A stretch of 64,000 bases of DNA, taken from Phycisphaerae bacterium. GTDB lineage: Bacteria; Planctomycetota; Phycisphaerae; UBA1845; Fen-1342. Shown here piece after piece: positions 1 to 10,046 of the stretch. The stretch spans positions 96,001 through 160,000 of the forward strand of contig CAXXWX010000016.1 of the NCBI GenBank assembly GCA_963675745.2, given 5' to 3'. Made by a program: the position numbers and the translations under genes. The stretch's first letter is position 1, and each line of letters opens with the position of its first letter. Below the pieces are notes generated by a model, which made no database searches, was not told the origin of the DNA, and saw only the letters and a list, made by a program, of their open reading frames with translations.

Positions 1-2
1 GC

Positions 3-1856
3 TCGCTGCAATCCACGTACTCGTGGTGCTCTGAAGCCGGCGCCACGTATTACATCCACGTCGGCGGATACAGCGCGAACATTGGCGTGTTTGAGCTGTT
101 CGTGCTGGATGATGGCGTCGTTTGTCAGGCACCGCTCGGTCGTTGCTGCTACGATGACCCGGTGCAGTGCCTGGTCAACACGGCCTCCGAGTGCGCCGAC
201 CTGACCGGATTGTGGATCGAAGGCCTCGATTGCAACACCCCGTGCCCCGAACCGTTCGCCGAGGATTGTGATGCGGCCACGGTGGTCGGTGCGCTGCCCT
301 TCGTCGTATCCTTCAACAACGATTCCGCCGTGGCCGACGGCCCGGAAGGCATGTGCGACAAGTACTATCCCACCACTTCCGGGCTGATGCAGAACGACGC
401 CTGGTATGTCTGGACCGCGGCGGAAGACTGCTTCGCAACCGCGACGGTCTCGGGTGGCTACGACATCATCCTGGTAATCCGCGACAATTGCGTGGACTTG
501 ACTGAGCTCTATTGCGCCGACGCCGGCGCCACGGGCGAGGACGAGGTGCTCGAATTCGCGGCGACCGCCGGCAGTACGTATTACTTCCAGATCGGCGATA
601 CCGGGTCGTTTGAGGGCGGCGGTTCAACGTTGTTCTCGCTGACCTGCTCGTCCGGTCAGGGTGCCTGCTGCTTCTATGGCGGCGACTGCCAGGTATTGTC
701 CGGCGCCGACTGCGCCGCCGCCGGTGGCGACTACCAGGGCGACGGCACGCTCTGCGATCCGAATCCTTGCCCGCTGCCGTGTGTCGAGTGTCCGCCCGGT
801 GCCCTGGACGAGGGCGAACCCTGCGGCGAGGACACGAACGGCGGCTGCCTTTCGGATCCGAACGCGCCGATCGTCGTGTCAATCGCCTGTGGCGACACCG
901 TGTGCGGCACGGCCTGGGCCGAGGGCGGCACGCGCGACACAGACTGGTACGAGATCGTCACGACCGAGCCGGCTATCTTCACGATGTCTGTCGAGGCCGA
1001 GTTCGAGGTGGTCTTCGGCCCCCTCGAGAGCAACAACCCCGGCTCCGGCGACTGCGCCGATCTCACCGGGTATGTCAGCCCGTACGCGACCGCGGCCGCC
1101 TGCGAGGAAGGTGTCAGCGTCACGTCGCTGTGTCTCCCCGCCGGCACGCACTGGTTCTTCGTCGGCCCAACGGTCTACGATGGTATCCCGTGTACCGCGG
1201 GCGAGATCAACTACGTGATGACGATCACCTGCGAGTCGTGCGAGGTCGATCCATATTGCCCGGCTTCGGGCGGTTGCGATGAGTATATCGAGAACGTCTC
1301 GATCATCCCGATCGACAACACCACGGCCTGTGAGGGCTATGCGGCGTTTCTTGACCAGAAGACCCGCATGGTCCCGGGCAACTCCTACTCGATCGAAGTC
1401 CTGGTCGGCAACGCCTACACTTCCGACCTGGTCAACGTATGGATCGACTGGGATCAGGACCATGACCTGCTGGACGAGACCGCTGTGGCCCTGACCAGTG
1501 GCGGCACTGATCTGTTCACCGGCATGATCGATTGTCCGGCCGCCGCGTTGCCCGGCGACACGCGCATGCGTGTGCGCCTCGAGTACTCATCCAGCGTCGG
1601 ACCTTGTGGTGCATCCGAATACGGCGAGGTTGAGGACTACACCGTGAACGTCGGGCAATACGAGCTCGGTGACATGAACTGCGACGGTTGGGTCAACAAC
1701 GGCGACATTGACGCGTTTCTGTTGGCGCTTGACGACTATGCCGCATATGTCGCCGAGTACCCCTGTGACAACGCGGACTGCAATCTCGACGGCGTCGTGG
1801 ACAATGCCGACATCGACCCGTTCGTGATCGCGCTGATCGCCGCGAACCTGTACTAG
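3..1856 (+). CDS. Cys/acidic-rich secreted protein, 5' partial; G(A/R)CC repeats, GEVED domain, C-terminal dockerin-like EF-hand module
   Basis: The frame is open from base 3, so the real start is upstream of the window. Motifs GRCC/GACC..C...GG.Y.G...C; VWIDWDQD...TRMRVRL...YGEVEDYTVNV (GEVED); GDMNCDGWVNNGDIDAF...ADCNLDGVVDNADIDPF. Confidence 0.8.
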   Translation, partial: SLQSTYSWCSEAGATYYIHVGGYSANIGVFELFVLDDGVVCQAPLGRCCYDDPVQCLVNTASECADLTGLWIEGLDCNTPCPEPFAEDCDAATVVGALPFVVSFNNDSAVADGPEGMCDKYYPTTSGLMQNDAWYVWTAAEDCFATATVSGGYDIILVIRDNCVDLTELYCADAGATGEDEVLEFAATAGSTYYFQIGDTGSFEGGGSTLFSLTCSSGQGACCFYGGDCQVLSGADCAAAGGDYQGDGTLCDPNPCPLPCVECPPGALDEGEPCGEDTNGGCLSDPNAPIVVSIACGDTVCGTAWAEGGTRDTDWYEIVTTEPAIFTMSVEAEFEVVFGPLESNNPGSGDCADLTGYVSPYATAAACEEGVSVTSLCLPAGTHWFFVGPTVYDGIPCTAGEINYVMTITCESCEVDPYCPASGGCDEYIENVSIIPIDNTTACEGYAAFLDQKTRMVPGNSYSIEVLVGNAYTSDLVNVWIDWDQDHDLLDETAVALTSGGTDLFTGMIDCPAAALPGDTRMRVRLEYSSSVGPCGASEYGEVEDYTVNVGQYELGDMNCDGWVNNGDIDAFLLALDDYAAYVAEYPCDNADCNLDGVVDNADIDPFVIALIAANLY

Positions 1857-1892
1857 ACCGCGGCCAAGCCGCATATGCAACTCGGCAACAAC

Positions 1893-1936
1893 GCGTGGCG
1901 GCCGGCGCTTATCGAGCACCGGCCGCCACGCTCTTT
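1893..1936 (+). terminator. GC-rich hairpin, probable terminator
   Basis: 13-bp perfect inverted repeat GCGTGGCGGCCGG / CCGGCCGCCACGC followed by TCTTT, about 36 nt after the stop codon. Confidence 0.55.
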
Positions 1937-2047
1937 GCATCGCCTTGTGCAACATCAATGCGACGCATCGTCGCCGAATCGCGACCCGCCGGCGTTTTTC
2001 TCACATGTCAACCTAACTCCAGTCGGCTAAGGGCTATCCCGCGCATG

Positions 2048-2087
2048 ATGACAGCCCAATGACAGGCTGTTGACACGGTTATCCACA
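2048..2087. promoter_or_regulatory. Three 11-bp-spaced TGACA (minus-strand TGTCA) repeats followed by a perfect DnaA box
   Basis: TGACA at 2049, 2060 and 2071; TTATCCACA at 2079-2087. Confidence 0.45.
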
Positions 2088-2173
2088 CACGCGCGCGTTG
2101 ACCGGCGGCAGCCACGACTCTAGGCTCGCCCGCTTGGCGGATCACTCTGAAACTCTGACAGACGAGGACTCTT

Positions 2174-3358
2174 GTGGCGCTTACTTCCGGTCCGATTTCG
2201 TTTCAGCGGTTCAACGTGGACGGCGCATTGCCAGCCGATGTCGACGACAGGTTTGTCGCGGCGCTGAACCGGCACACTTTCGGCAAGCTGGCAACACTCG
2301 AGGACGGCACGCAGCTCGGTTGGATTGGTCCCGGGCATCTCTTCGAGAACGAAATCGTCGCCGAACGCATTGCGTGGGGACGCTTCGCTCTGTTCGCGCT
2401 GCGGGTGGACAAGTCGCAAGTGCCCGGCAACGTGCTCAAGAGCTATGTGCGTTTGGAGGAGGACATGGCGCTGGCCGCCAGCGGCCGCGACTACCTAAGC
2501 CGTGGTCAGAAGCGCGACGCCAAGGAAGCCGCCCTGCTGCGCGCCCAACAGGAGCTCAAGGACGGCGCGTTTCGCCGAATGAACTCCTACCCGCTGCTGG
2601 TCGATCTGGAGCACCGGCGCGTCTACTTCGCCAGCCACAGCCGCGCGCTGGCCGACCATCTGGTGCGCTTGTTCACCGACACGTTTGGCGGTGTCCTCCA
2701 GGTCGCGACTCCCGAAGTTGTCGCCCGGCGTATCTGCAGCGCGGGCGGCCGCGACCACGTGCTCGACAGCCTGACCCCTTTTCGCCTGGTTAAACCGCCG
2801 ACAAACATCGACGAATCCGCGGGCGTTATCTCGACAGACCTCGATTTCCTGGGCAAGGAGTTTCTCACCTGGCTGTGGTACCAGACCGACGACGATGGTG
2901 GGCCGCTCAAGCTGCGCGGTGGTGACGATGTAGCTGTCATGATCGATCGCACGCTCCGTCTCAAGTGTGACTTCGACGTAACCGGAACCGACGTGATAAC
3001 CGCCGACGGCCCGACCAACCTGCCGGAAGCCCGCGCGGCGTTGGCTGTAGGTAAGCAGCCGACCAAAATGGGCCTGATCGTCGGCAGCCCGTCCGGCGAA
3101 TTCCGGCTGACGCTCGATGGTCCGCGGTTCACCGTGTCCGGACTGGTGCTGCCGGAAGGTGAGGCGGAATTGGACGCGCGGGCGCGGGTGGAAGAGAGAT
3201 TCGAGCTGGTTGCCGACGCCGCCGATCTGATCGACGCCCTGTACGAATTGTTCATATTGCGCCGAACCTCGCGCGAGTGGGCGCGCGACCTGCGACGTAT
3301 ATCGGACTGGGCTGCGGGCAGACGTTCGCAGAACGCGGCGCGCGCGGCCTCGGCCTAA
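2174..3358 (+). CDS. RdgC-like recombination-associated protein
   Basis: 394 aa, GAGGA RBS. Pattern F..F.V...GW......F......G.F.LF.LR.D...VP and FLG.EFLTWLW....EAR.AL..GK.P, typical of RdgC-like proteins. Confidence 0.6.
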   Translation: MALTSGPISFQRFNVDGALPADVDDRFVAALNRHTFGKLATLEDGTQLGWIGPGHLFENEIVAERIAWGRFALFALRVDKSQVPGNVLKSYVRLEEDMALAASGRDYLSRGQKRDAKEAALLRAQQELKDGAFRRMNSYPLLVDLEHRRVYFASHSRALADHLVRLFTDTFGGVLQVATPEVVARRICSAGGRDHVLDSLTPFRLVKPPTNIDESAGVISTDLDFLGKEFLTWLWYQTDDDGGPLKLRGGDDVAVMIDRTLRLKCDFDVTGTDVITADGPTNLPEARAALAVGKQPTKMGLIVGSPSGEFRLTLDGPRFTVSGLVLPEGEAELDARARVEERFELVADAADLIDALYELFILRRTSREWARDLRRISDWAAGRRSQNAARAASA

Positions 3359-3512
3359 GACTGGCACTGCACGGCCGGGATGCCGGCGTGGGCGTGGCGC
3401 GTGTGATATTGCGTCCAGCGCCGATTTCGGCGACACTCCTTCGCACTGGCAGTGACACGTTTTCCGCCCGGCACCCTCGCTGCGCCGGACGACCAGTCTC
3501 CACCTGGGAGTT

Positions 3513-5660
3513 GTGATGAACTGTCGACTTGATGGGCATTTGCGCCGCGCGCTGTGGTACGCGACCGCAACCCTGCTGTGCGTGGCCGCCGCCGTCGCCC
3601 AGGAACCCTTGCGCAACACTGGTGCTCCCGACCGTGCTGACGCACTTCGCGATGATGTGCGTCAGATGATGCGTGCCGCCCGCGATCGTGTTTTCCCCGC
3701 GCTGGTAAATATCGAGGCCATCACGGTGCAGTACTGGGGTGGTGTTGAACAGAAAGACAGCAGCGTCGGCAGCGGCACGATCATCAGCCAGGAAGGCCAC
3801 GTGCTCACGAACTATCACGTGGTCGAAAACGGCCAGGAGTTTCGCTGCCGCCTGGCCGACAAGCGCGAAATCAAAGCTACACTCGTCGGCGAGGATCCGC
3901 TTACCGACCTCGCCGTGTTACAGCTTGACGCAACCGAGCTGCAACCCGGCGAGCAGCTACCGATCGCGCAATTCGGCGACTCCGACGAACTGGAAGTTGG
4001 TGATTATGTCATGGCCATGGGGTCGCCGCTGGCCCTTTCACGCTCGGTCACGCTCGGGATTGTCTCGAACACCGAGCGCGTCTTTGCCAGCGACGATGAC
4101 TCGCCGTCCGAGCTCCAGTTCTTCTCCGGGCAGCGCACCGGCCTGTTCACGCGCTGGATACAGCATGATGCTCTCATCCAGCCCGGCAACAGCGGCGGAC
4201 CGCTCGTCAATCTCCGGGGCGAACTGGTCGGCGTGAATACGCGCGGCGGCAGCGGGCAGGGATTCGCCACGCCATCCAACCAGGCACACAACGTCGCCAA
4301 CCTCCTCATCGAGCACGGCGAGGTCGAACGCAGTTATTACGGCCTCAGCCTGCGCACGATCAAGGACACCGGCCTGGACCACGGCGTGATGGTCAACTCG
4401 GTGGTTGAAGACGACCCGGCGCACAAGGCCGGAATACGCGCCGGCGACGTGATCGTAAAGGTCGCCGGCCGGCCCGTTACCGTGCGCTATGTCGAGGAAC
4501 TGCCGCCGCTCATGAAAATGCTGGCGGTTCACCCCGTCGGCGAGACTGTCGCCATCGAATATGAGCGCGACGGCAAGACCGCGGTCGCCGAGGTTGTAAC
4601 CAAGCGACTCAAGAAAGACGTCGGCGACGAAAACGTCTTCCGCGCCTGGGGGCTGACCGCGATGGAAATCACCGAGAAGATCGCGCGCGACCGCCGGCTC
4701 GACAGCACGCGCGGGGTAATAGTCAGCAGTATCCGTCCGAGCGGCCCCGCGCAGTTGGCTGAACCGGCAATCGATCGCGGCGACGTGATCCTCGCCGTCG
4801 ACAGCCGCAAGATCGACACGCTGGAGAGTTTCATCGCCCTCTACCGGGACATCATGGACGCCGAGCCGCTACCCGAGTATCTGCTGGTCGAATTCGAGCG
4901 CAGCGGCCGCAACGAACTCACGCTGATCAAGCCCAACCCGGAAAAGGACGAAGATCCGCCGCGCGAACTGCCCAAGGCCTGGATCGGGGTGGCGACACAA
5001 CCGGTGCTGCAGAAGCTCGCCGAGCAGCTCGGGCTTGAAGGTGTTCGCGGGTATCGCATCACGCGCGTGTATCCGCACACTACCGCCGCCGAGACCGATC
5101 TCCAGGTCGGCGACATTATCGTCAAGCTCAACGAACAGGAGCTGCACCCCAGCGGCGTGCAGGATGCGGGGCTTTTCGCCCGGCTTGTGCGACAGTTGGA
5201 GATCGGTGACAACGCCTCGTTGTCGCTGGTGCGCGGCGGAGTTACCGAGCAGGTGGTTGTGCCGCTTGAACGCACCCGCCTGACATCAAAAGAGGCGCGC
5301 CGCGACCGTAATCGGGATTTCGACATCATCGTGCGCGAGCTGACCTTCTTCGATCGCGACTTGCAGCGCTGGGACGAGGATGTCAAGGGCGTGCTGGTTG
5401 AGTCGGTCGAGTCCGCCGGGTGGGCCAGCCGCGCCGGGCTACAGCGCGGCGACCTGATTCAGCGCATCAACGACCGGTCGATAAAGGGCCTGAAGTCGTA
5501 CCGCAGCGCTATGGACACCATCACCGATGAGCAGCCCGAGCGCGTGGTCTTCGTCGTGCTGCGCGGCGTGCAGACGAGTTATCTGTTTGTGGAACCCGAG
5601 TGGAAACCGATCGGAAACGAGGCCCAGGCCGCGACGGCCGCCGATGAAGAGAGCGAATAG
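3513..5660 (+). CDS. HtrA/DegP-family serine protease with four PDZ-like domains
   Basis: Signal peptide; GSGTII, TNYHV, TDLAV, DALIQPGNSGGP triad; four G/D-I/L-xxGD(V/I/L)I PDZ signatures. Confidence 0.9.
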   Translation: MMNCRLDGHLRRALWYATATLLCVAAAVAQEPLRNTGAPDRADALRDDVRQMMRAARDRVFPALVNIEAITVQYWGGVEQKDSSVGSGTIISQEGHVLTNYHVVENGQEFRCRLADKREIKATLVGEDPLTDLAVLQLDATELQPGEQLPIAQFGDSDELEVGDYVMAMGSPLALSRSVTLGIVSNTERVFASDDDSPSELQFFSGQRTGLFTRWIQHDALIQPGNSGGPLVNLRGELVGVNTRGGSGQGFATPSNQAHNVANLLIEHGEVERSYYGLSLRTIKDTGLDHGVMVNSVVEDDPAHKAGIRAGDVIVKVAGRPVTVRYVEELPPLMKMLAVHPVGETVAIEYERDGKTAVAEVVTKRLKKDVGDENVFRAWGLTAMEITEKIARDRRLDSTRGVIVSSIRPSGPAQLAEPAIDRGDVILAVDSRKIDTLESFIALYRDIMDAEPLPEYLLVEFERSGRNELTLIKPNPEKDEDPPRELPKAWIGVATQPVLQKLAEQLGLEGVRGYRITRVYPHTTAAETDLQVGDIIVKLNEQELHPSGVQDAGLFARLVRQLEIGDNASLSLVRGGVTEQVVVPLERTRLTSKEARRDRNRDFDIIVRELTFFDRDLQRWDEDVKGVLVESVESAGWASRAGLQRGDLIQRINDRSIKGLKSYRSAMDTITDEQPERVVFVVLRGVQTSYLFVEPEWKPIGNEAQAATAADEESE

Positions 5661-5668
5661 GGATACGC

Positions 5669-6547
5669 ATGACGAATACTCAGCAGACTTGCGGAAGGCG
5701 TCGTGGCATACGTAACTGCGTGCTGTTGACGGTGGCCGTCACGATCATTGCGGCTGTCGCCATGGCCGATGACGAGGCCTCCGAGTTCCAAACGCTGATC
5801 GAACAGCGCGGCGGCGCACTCGTGGCGATCAAGTATGTCCTCAAGAACCCCGCGTCGGATCAACAGCGCGAGCTCGAAGTGTCCGGCATTGTGGTCGATC
5901 CGACGGGCCTGGTGTTGTGTGCCAACACGCGACTGGGCGGCAATCCGCTCGGGGGCCAGAGCCTGACGCCGACCGAGATTAAGGTGCTGATCGGCGACGA
6001 TACCGAGGGGCTCGCAGCCAAGGTCATAGCGCGCGATACCGAACGCGATCTTGGTTGGCTACAGATTACCGATGAGCTCAAGGCGCCGCTGGAACACGTC
6101 GATCTCGCACGGGGAGTCGAGGCCCACCCCGGCTCGCGCCTACTCAGCTTGCGCCAGTTGGACAAATATTTCGGCCGCGCGGTGGTCGCGTCGGGGGGAC
6201 GCGTGTCGGGGACAGTCACCAAGCCGCGCACCTTGTACGTGCCGACGTCTGATCTGGACAGCGAGCCGGGCCTGCCCTTCTTCACGCCCGGCGGCGACTT
6301 TGTGGGCGTGCTCGTCGTGCAGGTGCCCGACCTGGATGCCCAGCGCGCGTCCGGCCGGCAGCTCAATGCCCGCGATATTCTCTTCATTCTCCCCGCGGAA
6401 CAGGTGCGCAAGGCCACGAGTCAGGCTAAAACGCAGGCGGCGGCTGATGAGGAGGAAGAGGACGACGACAGTGGCGAGGAGCCCGCCACGCCCGCGCCCG
6501 CCGACACTCCGCCGGCAGAAGCGCCCGGCGATGCCGAGGGAGAGTGA
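5669..6547 (+). CDS. Secreted trypsin-fold protein lacking catalytic His/Ser (pseudoprotease), acidic tail
   Basis: SGIVVDPTGLVLCANTR, AKVIARDTERDLGWL, SEPGLPFFTPGGDFVGV follow the HtrA fold without H or GNSGG. Lies 8 nt downstream of the HtrA gene. Confidence 0.7.
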   Translation: MTNTQQTCGRRRGIRNCVLLTVAVTIIAAVAMADDEASEFQTLIEQRGGALVAIKYVLKNPASDQQRELEVSGIVVDPTGLVLCANTRLGGNPLGGQSLTPTEIKVLIGDDTEGLAAKVIARDTERDLGWLQITDELKAPLEHVDLARGVEAHPGSRLLSLRQLDKYFGRAVVASGGRVSGTVTKPRTLYVPTSDLDSEPGLPFFTPGGDFVGVLVVQVPDLDAQRASGRQLNARDILFILPAEQVRKATSQAKTQAAADEEEEDDDSGEEPATPAPADTPPAEAPGDAEGE

Positions 6548-6560
6548 CCATCCCCCCTGT

Positions 6561-6639
6561 GTAACGGCCGGCGCCCCGCCGGCCGCCGGCTACTGTGACG
6601 CCCTTTCGCGCCGCCGGCCTGCGAGGCGCAGGCCTTTAC
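6561..6639. repeat. Inverted pair of GTAA/GTAG-type REP palindromes
   Basis: GTAACGGCCGGCGCCCCGCCGGCCG (6561-6585) and inverted CGGCCTGCGAGGCGCAGGCCTTTAC (6615-6639). The same family recurs elsewhere in the window. Confidence 0.75.
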
Positions 6640-6953
6640 AGGGCTTGGGCGAACCATGAGACCCAGGCGATGGCGCAGCATTTTGTCGTTAACCGCCCGT
6701 TTTGTGGGGAATCGGTCGCTGGCCATATGTGCAGCCCCCACTAACTCGCGGCACATGTTGGCGTGAAGTGCCGCCGATCGTGACCGCCGCCCATTTGACC
6801 CTATTGCGGGCAAGTTCTTATACTGGCGTGACTAAGCAGCGGCTTGCGGTTGCCGGAGACCTGGAACCGTGCGCCTTTGTGCGGCAGATGGCGCCGGGTG
6901 TGTACGCCCCCTGCGACTGGCACACGCGGCAGCTCTGTACTGGCGAGGATGTC

Positions 6954-8135
6954 ATGGCGGAAGTCACTCTTGAGAACATCGTCAAAATCTACCCCGGTGA
7001 CGTCAAAGCCGTTGATGACGTCAGCCTGACCATCAATGATCGCGAGTTCATCGTGCTCGTCGGCCCCTCCGGCTGCGGCAAGAGCACCACGTTGCGCATG
7101 ATCGCCGGCCTCGAAGACATCACCGCCGGCACGATACGCATCGGCGACCGCACGGTGAATGGCGTGGCGCCCAAGGACCGCGACATCGCCATGGTCTTCC
7201 AGAACTACGCGCTCTACCCGCACATGACGGTCTACAAGAACATGGCGTTCGGCCTGTTGCTGCGGCGCAAGCACGGATTCTGGGATAACTTTCTGTGGGC
7301 GTTGCTCAATCCGCCGGCGCACAAGCGGGCCCGCGCCGAACGCATGGAAATCGACGCACGCGTGCGTGACGCCGCCCGTGTGCTCGGCATCACCGAGCTG
7401 CTAAATCGGCGCCCCAAGGCCCTCTCAGGCGGACAGCGCCAGCGCGTGGCAGTCGGACGCGCGATTGTGCGCCAACCCAAGGCGTATCTCTTTGACGAAC
7501 CCCTCTCGAACCTCGATGCCAAGCTGCGTGTCGAGATGCGGGCCGAAATCAAGAAAATCCACCGCCAGGTAAACACCACCACGATTTACGTCACGCACGA
7601 CCAGGAAGAGGCGATGACGCTGGGCGATCGCGTGGTGGTGATGAAGGACGGCATTATCCACCAATGCGCGTCGCCTTTTGACGTCTACGACCGCCCGGTC
7701 AACCGCTTTGTCGCCGGTTTTGTCGGAACACCGCCGATGAATTTCCTCACCGGTCGGCTGGTCCGCGAAGGCGGCGCCCTGTTTTTTGATGACGGGGCCA
7801 ATCGCCTGGCGGTGAGCGCGGCACATCAGGGCCGGCTTGAGAGCCACGTGGACAGTCAGGTCATCGCCGGTATCCGCCCCGAGGTGCTCAGCCTGCCCAA
7901 CGGCCAGAAGCGCGCCAACTCGACGCTAAAGCTCAATGTCACCGTGGTCGAACCCCTCGGTGACCGGATGGACATCTACACCGACACCGAGCGCGGCGCC
8001 CGCGTGGTCTGCCGCGTCGACGCGCGCAGCGAGGTCGAAGAAGGCCACGCGATGGATATGCAGGTTGATATGGATCGGGTACACTTCTTCGAGTCGAAGG
8101 AGGACGGCCTGAATATCAGCCTCGGCGAGACGTAG
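6954..8135 (+). CDS. MalK/UgpC/MsiK-type sugar ABC transporter ATP-binding protein (stand-alone)
   Basis: Start re-called to MAEVTLENI after a [50 protein letters not shown] and a C-terminal TOBE-like region. Confidence 0.92.
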   Translation: MAEVTLENIVKIYPGDVKAVDDVSLTINDREFIVLVGPSGCGKSTTLRMIAGLEDITAGTIRIGDRTVNGVAPKDRDIAMVFQNYALYPHMTVYKNMAFGLLLRRKHGFWDNFLWALLNPPAHKRARAERMEIDARVRDAARVLGITELLNRRPKALSGGQRQRVAVGRAIVRQPKAYLFDEPLSNLDAKLRVEMRAEIKKIHRQVNTTTIYVTHDQEEAMTLGDRVVVMKDGIIHQCASPFDVYDRPVNRFVAGFVGTPPMNFLTGRLVREGGALFFDDGANRLAVSAAHQGRLESHVDSQVIAGIRPEVLSLPNGQKRANSTLKLNVTVVEPLGDRMDIYTDTERGARVVCRVDARSEVEEGHAMDMQVDMDRVHFFESKEDGLNISLGET

Positions 8136-8236
8136 CTTCGCACGGGGTTGTGGGACCAGCGCCGGGTTGAGTCAACCGCCCGGGCCCTGTCCCGCCGCCC
8201 GGCCTTCCGGACCCGAGTCGGTCTTATCGGAGACTC

Positions 8237-8268
8237 ATGGGGTCGCACGTTGCGGCCCATTTTTATTG
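8237..8268 (+). terminator. Terminator-like hairpin in the nusA leader
   Basis: ATGGGGTCGCA-CGT-TGCGGCCCAT followed by TTTTATT, about 130 nt before nusA. Confidence 0.55.
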
Positions 8269-8395
8269 CCCGCGGCTGGTCCGCGGAAAGCCGGACAACT
8301 GAATATGGTCGAGTCGCCTTCAACCAAAGCCGCTTGCCGGGCTGCCCGCGTAAACGGCCGGAGGCGCACAGTGCCACCGAAAGGCGGTAACAAGC

Positions 8396-9943
8396 ATGAA
8401 CCAGGATCTGCCCCGCATCATCGACGGTATCTGCCGTGAAAAGAACATCGATCGCGAATCGTTCATCGCGGACCTCGAAAACGCCATCGCCAGCGCCGTG
8501 CGCCGGGCCTACGGCGAGATGGAAGAGGTCGAGGTACATCTCGACATGCTGAACGGGCAGATCGCCGCGACCATCAACGGCGAGCCCATCGACATGGCCA
8601 CGCTTGGTCGCATTGCCGCCCAGACCGCCAAACAGGTCATCGTGCAGAAAACACGCGAGCGCGAACGCACCAGCATTTTTGAGGAGTTCACCGAGCGTAA
8701 GGGCACGATAGTCACCGGAACGGTCGTCCGCGCCGAACGCGGCAACCTGCTCGTGAACCTCAGCCGCACAGAGGGTTTTCTGCCGCGCAGCGAACAGATC
8801 CCCGGCGAGACACACCCGGTCGGGGCGCGCATACGCGTGCTGATCCTGGATGTGCGCGAGCAGGGCAACCAGGTAAAGGTTGTGCTTTCGCGTTCGCATC
8901 CAGACCTCATTCAACGTCTGTTCGAGCTCGAGGTGCCCGAAGTTGCCGAACGCATTATCGAGATCAGGGCGTTGGCGCGCGAAGCCGGCTATCGCAGCAA
9001 GGTGGCGGTTACCAGCATTGACTCAAAGGTTGACGCCGTCGGTGCGTGTGTTGGCGTCCGCGGTAGCCGAATCAAGAACATCGTCGACGAGCTCAGCGGC
9101 GAGAAGATCGATATCGTGCGCTGGAACGAATCGAGCCAGATTCTGATCCAGAACTCGCTGAAACCGGCGGAGGTCCAGGAAATCGCCCTGTGCTTCGAGC
9201 TTAACAAGGCGATCGTCGTGGTGACCGAAGACCAGCTTTCACTGGCGATCGGCAAGCGCGGGCAGAACGTACGCCTGGCCGCCCGGCTGACCAAGTGGGA
9301 CATCGATATCCTCACGCCGGCCGAGTACAACCGGAATCTCGAGACCATGGAGAAAACGGTCAAGGGCGTCGAGGGCGTTGACGACCTGGTCGTCGACAAG
9401 CTGGTCGCCGTCGGCTGCGTATCGGTGGCGGACATCGATGAGGTCGGCCCCGAGCCGCTCGTCGCCGAGCTCGAACTGGACCCCGAACTGGCCGAACGCA
9501 TAGTCGTCGAGTGCGGCGAAGAAGCCATCCGCCAGGAAGAGCTCAAAGAGGCGGCTCAGAAGAAAGCGGCGGAAGAGGCCGCCGCGGCGCGCGAGCTGGA
9601 AGAGAGCGCGCCGTCCACGCCATCCGCCTTTGTCCCCACCGAGGGCATCCCCACTGCCACGCCGGCCGATTCACCATCGGACAGCGCAGACGCTGCCGTG
9701 CCCGTGACGGCGACGAGCGAGGCAGAAGCCGGGGCCGAGAGCGCGGCGGTGACCACGCCCGCGGCGGAGCCGGATGCCGAGGTGCCCGAGGGTTCAGCGC
9801 CGACTGATCTTATCGCCGGCTCAACCGTCCCGGGAGACACGTCGGACGAGCCACCCGCCGACGACACCCCCGCCACCGAAGGTGTCACCGCCAACAGCGA
9901 TGAGCCGCCGGCGACGGACGAGACAAAACCCGCTGACAGCTAG
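8396..9943 (+). CDS. nusA: Transcription termination/antitermination factor NusA with long acidic low-complexity tail
   Basis: LGRIAAQTAKQVI, S1 domain, AREAGYRSKVAV, GACVGVRGSRI, QLSLAIGKRGQNVRLAARLT. Confidence 0.97.
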   Translation: MNQDLPRIIDGICREKNIDRESFIADLENAIASAVRRAYGEMEEVEVHLDMLNGQIAATINGEPIDMATLGRIAAQTAKQVIVQKTRERERTSIFEEFTERKGTIVTGTVVRAERGNLLVNLSRTEGFLPRSEQIPGETHPVGARIRVLILDVREQGNQVKVVLSRSHPDLIQRLFELEVPEVAERIIEIRALAREAGYRSKVAVTSIDSKVDAVGACVGVRGSRIKNIVDELSGEKIDIVRWNESSQILIQNSLKPAEVQEIALCFELNKAIVVVTEDQLSLAIGKRGQNVRLAARLTKWDIDILTPAEYNRNLETMEKTVKGVEGVDDLVVDKLVAVGCVSVADIDEVGPEPLVAELELDPELAERIVVECGEEAIRQEELKEAAQKKAAEEAAAARELEESAPSTPSAFVPTEGIPTATPADSPSDSADAAVPVTATSEAEAGAESAAVTTPAAEPDAEVPEGSAPTDLIAGSTVPGDTSDEPPADDTPATEGVTANSDEPPATDETKPADS

Positions 9944-10046
9944 CAACGCTGAGCCCTGCTACCCGACGTTCCGTGAAAACCGTGGCTCGCGATTCGTATG
10001 AGACTGTCTACCGCTCGCGAACATCCTCGTTCTCATTGTCGGCGAA

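Noticed and set aside
6702..6953. N-terminal extensions in the ORF track (also 13972, 17334, 19456, 24629, 31229, 33817, 52303, 52982, 56891)
   Set aside because: Longest-ORF artefacts; downstream starts have better RBS or overlap geometry and match family N-termini.
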